Shown here in pieces: positions 44,452 to 52,924 of a stretch of DNA of 64,000 nucleotides (position 1 is its first letter; each line of letters opens with the position of its first letter). Origin of the DNA: a virus. Taxonomy: Duplodnaviria > Caudoviricetes. The position numbers and the translations under genes were made by a program. Below the pieces are notes generated by a model. It searched no databases, had not been told where the DNA came from, and saw only the letters and a program-made list of their open reading frames with translations. The DNA lies in the IMG/VR virus record IMGVR_UViG_3300007735_000777, positions 1,912 to 65,911 of that record; one strand, written 5' to 3'.

Positions 44452-44472
44452 GAACTTGACATTGTCAAGTTC
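44452..44472. repeat. Palindrome GAACTTGACA-T-TGTCAAGTTC
   Basis: Perfect 10-bp arms; related sites at 25514 and 31401. Confidence 0.85.
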
Positions 44473-44631
44473 TGGGTATGTGTGATGTTATGCACTTGCT
44501 GTGTTGCGCATTTTGGCGGGTTCTCACTATACCCGTGTAACATTGTAACATATAACAATGCTTTAAAATCAACAACTTGCGTGTGATACGATATAACATT
44601 ACCCTTCAAAACATAACATTTGTTAGGTTCG

Positions 44632-44758
44632 AGGCTACCCCCGCGCAGGGAACTGGTCTTGTCTAAGGGTTTGTCCCTATGGAAAAAGCCAAAAAAAAAT
44701 GAGACACTGCGTGCAGTGTCTCACTTAATCGCAAGGCTACCCCCGCGCAGAGAACTGG
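44632..44758. repeat. 25-bp direct repeats AGGCTACCCCCGCGCAG(G/A)GAACTGG flanking a hairpin
   Basis: Copies at 44632-44656 and 44734-44758; inverted repeat at 44700-44723. Confidence 0.85.
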
Positions 44759-44782
44759 CATTCGGGAAAAGTCGGGCGAAAC

Positions 44783-44845
44783 AAAAACCCGTCATAACAA
44801 AAGTTATGACGGGCAGACGCAAAAAAGCCCGCATGAAGCGGGCTT
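44783..44845 (-). terminator. Two tandem intrinsic terminators
   Basis: GCCCGC-N5-GCGGGC + T6, then CCCGTCATAAC-N4-GTTATGACGGG + T5 on the - strand. Confidence 0.75.
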
Positions 44846-44864
44846 AGTGTTAAGAGGGTAAGGG

Positions 44865-45062
44865 TTAGTCTGTTAGTAGGGCAGTATGCACAACCCCGCG
44901 ACCACGCGCCAAAATCATTTCTTGAATGATGGCTTCGCGCAATTCATTGATTAAGCGGTGTGCATCAAACTTTGGGCTTTCCTTGAAATCAAACCCGTTC
45001 AAGTAAGCGCATTCGACCATGAGTTGCAGTTGTTGCAGTTTTTTCTCTGTGCTGTGCATCAT
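44865..45062 (-). CDS. Small early protein
   Basis: GGAG SD before MMHSTE; followed by terminators. Confidence 0.55.
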   Translation of the reverse strand: MMHSTEKKLQQLQLMVECAYLNGFDFKESPKFDAHRLINELREAIIQEMILARGRGVVHTALLTD

Positions 45063-45124
45063 TTTGAATTCTCCGAACATAACAAATGTTATAAATAGGG
45101 CAGGGTAAACCCTGCCCTGCCCGA

Positions 45125-45646
45125 TTAACCTAATTCATCGATGTTGCCACCGAGAATCGCGTAAGCAGTCATAAGCTCGCCCTTGACCTCAGACGCCTTG
45201 CACTCAGTGCCCGCTTCCTCAGCCTTGAATATCCGATTGATAAGGGTTTTCAATTCGGCAAGGGTTTTCGCGTCAACATCCTGCGAACCACCGGATACCT
45301 TGTTACCCGCTGTCACGTACCCGCTCGCTTCCTTGACACGTTGCCAGTAGACGTTGATTGTGGCTTCACCGAAACCCTCATCCTTGAATGCTTGGACGAA
45401 CAGCTTGCGCTCATCATTCACACCGGCTTTGAGCTTACCCTTAAGCTCGTACCACTTGCTCGTTACGTTGCCCTCATTGTCAACAAGGTCAAAGGCTGAG
45501 CAAAGGCCGTTAGCATAAGCGCTGAGCACTTGGCCGGTTTTCTTGGCCGACTTGACTAGATCGGTGCGAAGCTCGAACAAGGGGACAACCGGAGTGACGC
45601 CGACTTGTGTGACAACCGCGCCTGCTACCTGAGTGAGTGTATTCAT
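45125..45646 (-). CDS. First gene of the leftward early block, hypothetical
   Basis: 173-aa ORF with GAAAGG SD, upstream promoter and downstream hairpin GGGCAGGG-TAAA-CCCTGCCC. Confidence 0.75.
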   Translation of the reverse strand: MNTLTQVAGAVVTQVGVTPVVPLFELRTDLVKSAKKTGQVLSAYANGLCSAFDLVDNEGNVTSKWYELKGKLKAGVNDERKLFVQAFKDEGFGEATINVYWQRVKEASGYVTAGNKVSGGSQDVDAKTLAELKTLINRIFKAEEAGTECKASEVKGELMTAYAILGGNIDELG

Positions 45647-45725
45647 TTTCTAACCTTTCAAAAACATCTAACATGAAACATAACATCTGTTATGTATGCA
45701 ACCGATTATCCGTTTGCATGGGTAT

Positions 45726-45754
45726 ATTATACCACAAAATAATAGACAATGCAA
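45726..45754 (-). promoter_or_regulatory. Sigma70 early promoter
   Basis: TTGCAT-17 nt-TATAAT; shares TTTGTGGTATAATATA with the 43911 and 44257 promoters. Confidence 0.75.
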
Positions 45755-46014
45755 ATACAGCGTAAACAATAAATAAAAGAATATTCTAGTATGGGGACGG
45801 GCCTAACAATAGTTAGATTATCAAATTGATAAACCCCACCACCCCAAAAAATAGGAAAAGGGAGGTGCCGCACTTACACTGTGCGGAACACACCCGGTAC
45901 CAACATCCATACTTTTTATAACAATACCCCCCTCCCCCCTTTAAGTTTCCAGTCGGCCCTAATAAGTATCCATCCACAGAAACACCCCCCGTCACTTTTT
46001 ATTTTGGGTTCCCG

Positions 46015-46043
46015 TTGCCCCCTATATATTTTTCTGTTACAGT
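46015..46043 (+). promoter_or_regulatory. Candidate rightward promoter for packaging genes
   Basis: TTGCCC-17 nt-TACAGT with TGn. Confidence 0.45.
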
Positions 46044-46149
46044 CCGGCCAGTTGGTGGAAACGGTTTGGCTCCGTAAAGGTTTTCGTTGAATTGCACCTT
46101 TGAACCCTGCCTTATGGGAGCCACCAACAACCCCTCTTAACGGAGTGCC

Positions 46150-46794
46150 ATGATTCCACTTGAACCTACGTCGGAACACCCTGTTCCTTTTGATCTATCC
46201 AACGAGCAGCCAAAAACTCATGCGGATAGCGTAGCTGTCGCTGTAAATACAGTTGACCTCCTGAATAGCCTCGGTGCAAGCATTGACTTCAACAACGAAG
46301 ACCTGCACAAAGCTGCTGATCTCATAACCGGCGCAGCCAAACCCAACGCCCCCCGTACTATTTCAAAGTCTGCTGAAGCAGCCGCAGCCCACCATTTGGT
46401 AAAGCGGTTTGACTTCCAAGCGTTCTCGGATGCGTTGCAAGCCAGAAACTTCATCACGAACAAGTTGATCGAGTTGGCTGACAATGGCGACCCGAAGATT
46501 GAATTGAAAGCCCTTGAACTTCTGGGCAAGCACTCGGACATCGGCCTCTTCACAGAACGCAGCGAGATCACCGTCCACCACACAACTTCCACATCGCTTG
46601 AGAATTCAATCAAGGACAGGATCAAGCGCCTCCTCAATTCGGATGTGTCTGATGTCACTCCTTTGGATGATCTGGATGCTCAGTTGGGGATGCACAAAGC
46701 TCAAGTAGATGTAGTAGAAGAAGAACCGGCAATAAGTATTGAAACTGTAGCGGAAGACAAAACCCCGGAAACCGAGGTACAAAAAGATGAGTGA
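46150..46794 (+). CDS. terS: Putative terminase small subunit
   Basis: Directly upstream of TerL; ELKALELLGK..DIGLFTER motif. Confidence 0.7.
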   Translation: MIPLEPTSEHPVPFDLSNEQPKTHADSVAVAVNTVDLLNSLGASIDFNNEDLHKAADLITGAAKPNAPRTISKSAEAAAAHHLVKRFDFQAFSDALQARNFITNKLIELADNGDPKIELKALELLGKHSDIGLFTERSEITVHHTTSTSLENSIKDRIKRLLNSDVSDVTPLDDLDAQLGMHKAQVDVVEEEPAISIETVAEDKTPETEVQKDE

Positions 46795-48310
46795 CATCTC
46801 CCTCAAGGATATTGAGGCGCTCATACATGCGGGGAAACTGAGCGAAGCGGACTTACGGGTACTAGAGGCTCAGCTAACTAAGTTGGAGAAGCTCAAAGAA
46901 CGTGAGCTTGCCCAGAAAAAGTTCATTAAGTTTGTGGAGAGGGTCTGGCCAACCTTCATTTCGGGTGCGCACCATAAAAGAATGGCCGAAGCGTTCGAGC
47001 GGGTGGCCAACGGGACGTGCAAACGGCTCATCATCAACATGCCACCCCGACATACTAAGTCCGAGTTTGCTTCATACCTGCTCCCAGCTTGGTTCTTGGG
47101 CAAATATCCGGGCAAAAAGGTGATTCAAGCCTCTCACACGGCTGAATTGGCGGTGGGCTTCGGGCGAAAAGTACGAAATCTTGTGGATTCTGACGTTTAC
47201 CATGAGATTTTTCCCGAGTTAAGCTTGCAAAGTGACTCAAAAGCGGCTGGCCGGTGGAACACATCCAAGGGTGGTGACTATTTTGCGATTGGTGTGGGCG
47301 GTGCGGTGACCGGTAAAGGCGCGGACGTGCTGATTATTGACGACCCGCACTCAGAACAAGAGGCGGCGATGGCCGCAAGCAACCCAGAAGTGTACGACAA
47401 AGTTATAGAATGGTACACATCAGGGCCACGGCAGCGTTTGCAGCCGGGCGGAGCCATCGTAATTGTGATGACGCGCTGGTCTCAGCGGGATTTGACCGGC
47501 CAAGTGCTGAAATCTGCGGCACAACGCTCGGGCGAAGACTGGGAAGTAATTGAATTTCCGGCAATTTTGCCTTCCGGAAACCCGCTTTGGCCCCAATTTT
47601 GGTCGTTGGAAGAGCTTGAAGCCCTCAGAAATGAGCTTCCAAACGCCAAATGGCAGGCTCAGTACCAGCAAAACCCCGTGGGCAACGAGAGTGCGATCGT
47701 CAAGCGCGACTGGTGGCAGATATGGGAAGAAGACCGGCCACCAGCGTGTGAATACATCCTCCAGACATGGGACACGGCGTTCGAGAAGAACAACCGGGCC
47801 GACTATTCTGCTGGCACAACGTGGGGCGTGTTCAAAAACGACGAAGACCACGGTAACACCAACCTGATCCTGCTCAATACATATAAGAAGAGGGTTGAGT
47901 ACCCGGACTTGAAGCGTGACGTGCTCAAGGAGTACAACATGTACGAGCCGGACGGAGTCCTTATAGAGAAGAAGGCATCGGGTGCTCCGTTGATCTACGA
48001 CCTACGTGCGATGGGCATACCTGTGCAGGAGTTCACACCGGGCAAAGGACAAGACAAAGTTGCTCGTCTCAACGCAGTCTCAGACATAATCGCGTCTGGG
48101 AAAGTATGGGTGCCAAACACTAGGTGGGCTGAGGAGTTGGTTGACGAAATTGCAGAATTTCCGTCAGGTGAACACGATGACTTGGTGGATGCGACCACAC
48201 TGGCGCTCATGAGATTTAGACAAGGTGGGTTTCTGCGCTTACCCAGCGACGAGCCTGAAGACATTCGGTATTTCAAAGGTCACCGCCGTGAGCGGTTCTA
48301 CACAGTTTAA
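46787..48310 (+). CDS. terL: Terminase large subunit
   Basis: NMPPRHTKSE, GKGADVLIIDDPH, MTRW, WDTA, IEKKASG, HDDLVDA. Confidence 0.95.
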   Translation: MSDISLKDIEALIHAGKLSEADLRVLEAQLTKLEKLKERELAQKKFIKFVERVWPTFISGAHHKRMAEAFERVANGTCKRLIINMPPRHTKSEFASYLLPAWFLGKYPGKKVIQASHTAELAVGFGRKVRNLVDSDVYHEIFPELSLQSDSKAAGRWNTSKGGDYFAIGVGGAVTGKGADVLIIDDPHSEQEAAMAASNPEVYDKVIEWYTSGPRQRLQPGGAIVIVMTRWSQRDLTGQVLKSAAQRSGEDWEVIEFPAILPSGNPLWPQFWSLEELEALRNELPNAKWQAQYQQNPVGNESAIVKRDWWQIWEEDRPPACEYILQTWDTAFEKNNRADYSAGTTWGVFKNDEDHGNTNLILLNTYKKRVEYPDLKRDVLKEYNMYEPDGVLIEKKASGAPLIYDLRAMGIPVQEFTPGKGQDKVARLNAVSDIIASGKVWVPNTRWAEELVDEIAEFPSGEHDDLVDATTLALMRFRQGGFLRLPSDEPEDIRYFKGHRRERFYTV

Positions 48311-48319
48311 GGAAAAATC

Positions 48320-50821
48320 ATGGCCACGAGTTCAATGGACAAAGCACTTTACCAAGCCCCTATGGGCCTCTCTGATCTGGCTGTACAGCCCGACATCGAA
48401 GTCGAGATTGAAGACCCCGAGGCAGTAAACCTGCACATGGGTGACATTGAGATTGACTTGAAGCCACGCAAAGAAACGTCAGAAGACTTCGATGCCAACC
48501 TCGCTGAGTACATGGACGATGGTGAGTTGGACTCGCTTGGCCAAGAGTTGGTTGAGGACTTTGGCAAGGACATCAACGACCGCAAAGACTGGATACGCAC
48601 GTACGTGGATGGTCTAAAACTACTGGGCCTACAGTACGAAGAGCGCACCGAGCCGTGGCAGGGCGCGTGTGGTGTGTTCCACCCGATGCTGACCGAGTCA
48701 GTAGTTAGGTTCCAGAGCGAGGCGATGATGGAGACGTTCCCAGCGATGGGGCCAGTCAAGACCCAGATTGTAGGAGCCATCGACCTGCTACGTGAAGAAG
48801 CCGCTGCTCGCGTGCGTGAGGACATGAACTATCAGTTGACCGAGGTGATGGTCGAGTACCGGCCAGAGCACGAGAAGATGTTGTGGTCACTACCGCTGGC
48901 GGGTTCTGCGTTCAAGAAGGTGTACTACGACCCGAGCAAAGGTCGTCAGGTGGCGGTGTTCATTCCAGCCGAGGACATAGTCGTGCCGTATGGTGCGAGT
49001 AATTTGGAGTCAGCGGAGCGGGTTACCCATGTGATGCGCAAGACCGAGAACGAGGTCAAGAAGTTGCAGGAAGCTGGGTTCTATCTCGATGTGGACTTGG
49101 GTGAGCCGACGCATGAGTTGGACGACATCGAGAAGCAGAAGGCTGAAGAGCAGGGCATGTCTGCACTCAATGACGAGCGCTTCCGTTTCCTTGAGATGCA
49201 CGTTGATTTGGACTTGACTGGGTTCGAGCATACCGACAAGAAAGGCAAGCCCACGGGTATTGCGCTACCATACGTGGTGACAGTTGAGAAGGGCACGCGC
49301 AAGGTCTTAGCAATCCGCAGAAATTGGTACGAAGATGACAGACTCCACACCAAACGACAGCACTTTGTTCACTACCAATACATCCCCGGTTTTGGCTTCT
49401 ATGGTTACGGTCTTATCCACCTTATCGGTGGGTACGCGAAGAGCGCTACGATGCTCATCCGTCAACTCGTGGATGCGGGAACACTTTCGAACTTACCCGG
49501 GGGTCTCAAGTCTCGTGGTCTCCGCATCAAAGGCGACGATACACCTATCCAGCCCGGAGAGTTCCGAGACGTAGACGTCCCAAGCGGCTCAATCAGGGAC
49601 AACATCCTGCCCCTGCCGTACAAGGAGCCATCACAGGTTCTGTTTGCTCTGTTCCAAAACATTGTGCAAGAAGGCCGTGCGTTCGCCTCCAGCGGCGACA
49701 TGAACGTGTCTGACATGAGCACAAACGCACCGGTGGGTACCACGTTGGCGTTGTTGGAGCGCACCTTGAAAGTGATGACGGCAGTTCAAGCCCGCCTGCA
49801 CTACACCATGAAGCAAGAGTTCCGCCTCTTGAAGACCATCATCGCTGACTACACCCCCGAGGAGTACGACTATGAGCCGGAAGACGCAGGGCGTAAAGCC
49901 AAGAAATCGGACTATGACAGCACAGATGTTATTCCTGTCAGTGATCCAAATGCAGCAACAATGGCACAGAAAATTGTGCAGTATCAAGCTGTTCTTCAGT
50001 TGGCTCAGTCTGCACCACAACTCTATAACTTACCTCTGTTGCATCGCCAGATGATTGAGGTGCTGGGTATCAAGAATGCCAGCAAACTTGTGCCGGTGGA
50101 AGATGATGCGGTGCCAACCGACCCAGTGCAGGAGAACCAGAACCTCCTCATTATGAAACCGGTCAAGGCGTTTATCGAGCAGAACCACGAGGCTCACATC
50201 CAAGCGCACATGGCAGCGATACAGAACCCCAAAATTCAGCAGTTGATGCAGATGAACCCACAGGCTCAAGCGATCATGGCCGCAGCGATGGCGCACATCA
50301 ACGAGCACATTGCGTTCGAGTACCGCAAACAAGTGGAGATGGCCATCGGTACACCGCTGCCAACAGAGGAGCAGAACAAACAGATTCCTCCAGAGTTGGC
50401 AGACAAGATAGCCATGATGACCGCTCAAGCATCACAGCAGTTATTGCAGCAGGCCCAACAACAGGCGCAGCAACAGCAAGCTCAACAGCAGATGCAAGAC
50501 CCGATTGTTCAGATGCAGATGCAAGAGCTTCAACTCAAACAGCAGGACTTGCAGTTGAAGCAGCAAAAACAGGCGGCGGATGCAGCGGCCAAGGCCGACC
50601 AGTTGGAGATCGAGAAAGCACGCATCGTGGCTCAAAAAGAGATCGCTGCAATGCAGGTCAGCGCTACCGCCGCTGCTAAACGAGATCAACTCAACAAACA
50701 GCAGTACACAGAAGGAGTTCGTATGGGCATCGACGCTGCGAAGCACAAGGCGCAGATGGCTGTACAGATGGCGCAACGGGCGGCGCAAAAACCGCCTAGC
50801 AACAAAAAGGAAAACAAGTGA
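48320..50821 (+). CDS. Portal protein
   Basis: Follows TerL; PWQGACGVFHP, GSAFKKVYYD; Q-rich C-terminal coiled coil (P22-like barrel). Confidence 0.9.
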   Translation: MATSSMDKALYQAPMGLSDLAVQPDIEVEIEDPEAVNLHMGDIEIDLKPRKETSEDFDANLAEYMDDGELDSLGQELVEDFGKDINDRKDWIRTYVDGLKLLGLQYEERTEPWQGACGVFHPMLTESVVRFQSEAMMETFPAMGPVKTQIVGAIDLLREEAAARVREDMNYQLTEVMVEYRPEHEKMLWSLPLAGSAFKKVYYDPSKGRQVAVFIPAEDIVVPYGASNLESAERVTHVMRKTENEVKKLQEAGFYLDVDLGEPTHELDDIEKQKAEEQGMSALNDERFRFLEMHVDLDLTGFEHTDKKGKPTGIALPYVVTVEKGTRKVLAIRRNWYEDDRLHTKRQHFVHYQYIPGFGFYGYGLIHLIGGYAKSATMLIRQLVDAGTLSNLPGGLKSRGLRIKGDDTPIQPGEFRDVDVPSGSIRDNILPLPYKEPSQVLFALFQNIVQEGRAFASSGDMNVSDMSTNAPVGTTLALLERTLKVMTAVQARLHYTMKQEFRLLKTIIADYTPEEYDYEPEDAGRKAKKSDYDSTDVIPVSDPNAATMAQKIVQYQAVLQLAQSAPQLYNLPLLHRQMIEVLGIKNASKLVPVEDDAVPTDPVQENQNLLIMKPVKAFIEQNHEAHIQAHMAAIQNPKIQQLMQMNPQAQAIMAAAMAHINEHIAFEYRKQVEMAIGTPLPTEEQNKQIPPELADKIAMMTAQASQQLLQQAQQQAQQQQAQQQMQDPIVQMQMQELQLKQQDLQLKQQKQAADAAAKADQLEIEKARIVAQKEIAAMQVSATAAAKRDQLNKQQYTEGVRMGIDAAKHKAQMAVQMAQRAAQKPPSNKKENK

Positions 50822-51015
50822 ACGAGACGCAAATACTGCAATACATCGTAGATGCAATCGAGAAATTACGCAGGGACAACGAAGGTTTCCTTGCTGCTGG
50901 AAGAGCTGACGGTTTCGATGAGTACCGTCATGTCTGCGGGGTGATTCGGGGTCTAACCTTCGCAGAAAGCATCATCAAAGACCTTGCACAAAAACTGGAG
51001 TTAGCCGATGACTGA
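50818..51015 (+). CDS. Small conserved head-module protein
   Basis: DEYRHVCGVIRGL; coupled to portal. Confidence 0.7.
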   Translation: MNETQILQYIVDAIEKLRRDNEGFLAAGRADGFDEYRHVCGVIRGLTFAESIIKDLAQKLELADD

Positions 51016-51418
51016 ATTTGATACCGCTGCCGTTGATCTGACCGGCATTCTGAACAAGAGTGCCGAAGAGAAAGCCAAGCAGTTGCCTGATCCAAAAACC
51101 TTCCGCCTTTTGTGCGTTGTTCCTGAAGCGATGGAAGAGTATGCAGACAGTGAAGTTGGTCTCATCAAAGCCGACAAAACTATGCACTACGAAGAGGTAC
51201 TGACCCCAGTCCTGTTCGTCATCAAGTTAGGCCCTGATGCCTATAAAGACACCGCCCGGTTCCCCAGTGGGCCGTCGTGCAAGGAGGGTGACTTCGTCAT
51301 CGTCCGACCCAATTCAGGCACCCGCCTGAAGATTCATGGCCGTGAATTCCGCATCATCAACGATGACTCGGTTGAAGCAGTTGTGGAAGACCCGCGTGGC
51401 ATCACCCGCGCAGCATAA
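51008..51418 (+). CDS. groES: GroES-like co-chaperonin
   Basis: KLGPDAY, CKEGDFV, GTRLKIHGREFRIINDDSVEAVV. Confidence 0.85.
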   Translation: MTEFDTAAVDLTGILNKSAEEKAKQLPDPKTFRLLCVVPEAMEEYADSEVGLIKADKTMHYEEVLTPVLFVIKLGPDAYKDTARFPSGPSCKEGDFVIVRPNSGTRLKIHGREFRIINDDSVEAVVEDPRGITRAA

Positions 51419-51428
51419 GGAGTAATAC

Positions 51429-52430
51429 ATGGCAACAAGATTTGGTGACGACACCTTTGAGTTTCCCGACGAGATAGAAGCCAAGAAAGCTGCTGCTGAA
51501 AGCAAGATCGAGATTGAGATCGAAGACGATACTCCCCCGGAAGATCGTGGTCGCAAGCCCATGAAAGAACCGGTGGAAGACCCGACCGAAGAGGAGTTAG
51601 CCTCCTACGACGAGAAGGTTCAGCAACGGATCAAGAAGTTCACCCGTGGTTACCACGATGAGCGGCGCGCAAAAGAACAAGCTTTGCGTGAGCGTGAAGC
51701 TACTGAAGCTTACGCACGACAGATCATTGAGGAAAACAAACGCCTTCAACAACAGCTTTCTAGTGGTAGTAAAGTGTTCATTGAGCAGTCGCAATCCAGC
51801 GCTCAGATTGAACTTGAATCCGCCAAGAAAAAGTACAAAGAAGCCTACGAAGCGGGCGATGTAGATGCCTTGACCGACGCCCAAGCAGAAATTGCTGAAG
51901 CTACGTTAAAGCTCGACAAGACCCGTGGCATGAAGCCCATCGAGGTTGAGGATAAAGAGTACACACCTGCACAACCCGAGCAACCTAAGATTTCCCCGCG
52001 CACTCAAAAGTGGGTCGAGCGCAACAGCGATTGGTGGGGTAAGGATGACGAAATGACAATGGCCGCTATGGGCATTGACAGGAAGTTACAGAAAGAGTAT
52101 GGTGCGGACTATGTAGGTACTGAAGAGTACTTCAAAACCATCGACAAAACGATGCGCAAAAGATTTCCTGAGCACTTTGAAAGTGAACAGAGCTACGAGG
52201 ATGACGAACCGCCTCCAAAGAAAAGAACGTCAGAACCGGTTGACGAGGATGATGAAGATGATCCGCCGCGCCGTGCAACAAAAATTACTTCGCCTGTGGC
52301 TCCAGCCACACGGAGTACACCACCTAGTCGTATTCGTCTAAAAGCATCAGAAGCCGCGCAAGCGCGTCGCCTTGGGGTGCCCATTGAAGAATATGCGAGA
52401 CAGGTTGCTTTACTTAGAAAAGGTGCTTAA
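51429..52430 (+). CDS. Putative scaffolding protein
   Basis: Acidic coiled coil; C-terminal ARRLGVPIEEYARQ; upstream of capsid genes. Confidence 0.7.
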   Translation: MATRFGDDTFEFPDEIEAKKAAAESKIEIEIEDDTPPEDRGRKPMKEPVEDPTEEELASYDEKVQQRIKKFTRGYHDERRAKEQALREREATEAYARQIIEENKRLQQQLSSGSKVFIEQSQSSAQIELESAKKKYKEAYEAGDVDALTDAQAEIAEATLKLDKTRGMKPIEVEDKEYTPAQPEQPKISPRTQKWVERNSDWWGKDDEMTMAAMGIDRKLQKEYGADYVGTEEYFKTIDKTMRKRFPEHFESEQSYEDDEPPPKKRTSEPVDEDDEDDPPRRATKITSPVAPATRSTPPSRIRLKASEAAQARRLGVPIEEYARQVALLRKGA

Positions 52431-52432
52431 TC

Positions 52433-52909
52433 ATGGAAACAGTAGATACAAAAAAACCGCAGAATCGTTTGGATCGTGCGTTGGACAGCCGGGTGCAAAC
52501 CCACAGACCTTCCTTTTGGCAGGCCCCTGAAGCGCTACCTATGCCTGACGAACGCCCCGGTTGGAAACACCGCTATATCCGCTTGAGCACCTTGGGAACT
52601 GCTGACCCCAGCAATATTTCCTCTAAGTTACGTGAAGGATACGAACCCGTGAAAGCGGAAGAATATCCCGAACTCATGATGCACGCTGCCACCGAAGGCC
52701 GCTTTAAGGGCGGCATTGAGATTGGCGGGCTGTTGCTCTGTCGTATCCCTGCCGAGTTCATGGAACAACGTGCGAAGCACTTTGAAGGCCTGAGCAAGCA
52801 ACAAATGGATTCGGTGGACAACAATTTCCTTCGTGAAAGGGACGCTCGATCTAATATGGCGTTATTCGCTGATAAGAAGTCGAAAGTCACTTTCGGTTCT
52901 GGTTCTTAA
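52433..52909 (+). CDS. Conserved head-module protein
   Basis: RYIR..D..N.S.KLREGYEPV...IGGLLLCRIP. Confidence 0.75.
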   Translation: METVDTKKPQNRLDRALDSRVQTHRPSFWQAPEALPMPDERPGWKHRYIRLSTLGTADPSNISSKLREGYEPVKAEEYPELMMHAATEGRFKGGIEIGGLLLCRIPAEFMEQRAKHFEGLSKQQMDSVDNNFLRERDARSNMALFADKKSKVTFGSGS

Positions 52910-52924
52910 ATTGGAGTTTCAAAA

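Larger units (their letters stand above)
31459..45815. repeat. Dispersed 12-bp quasi-palindrome TAACAAATGTTA/TAACATTTGTTA
   Basis: Exact copies start at 31459, 35075, 35633, 36522, 37703, 38930, 39449, 40541, 40829, 41353, 42194, 42492, 43606, 43840, 44194, 44614, 45080. Variants at 34266, 36968, 45681 (TAACATCTGTTA), 44795 and 45804. Confidence 0.95.

Noticed and set aside
44382-44847. ORFs 44382-44609 (-) and 44620-44847 (+)
   Set aside because: They run through palindromes, repeats and terminators, lack an SD, and the repeated peptide simply reflects the DNA repeat.
31459-45815. CRISPR array made of the 12-bp repeats
   Set aside because: Repeats are too short, spacing is irregular (hundreds to thousands of bp) and whole genes lie between them; no cas operon.
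46787-48310. Intein or intron in TerL (also checked PolA and helicase)
   Set aside because: Lengths and motif spacing are normal; no splice-junction or LAGLIDADG motifs.
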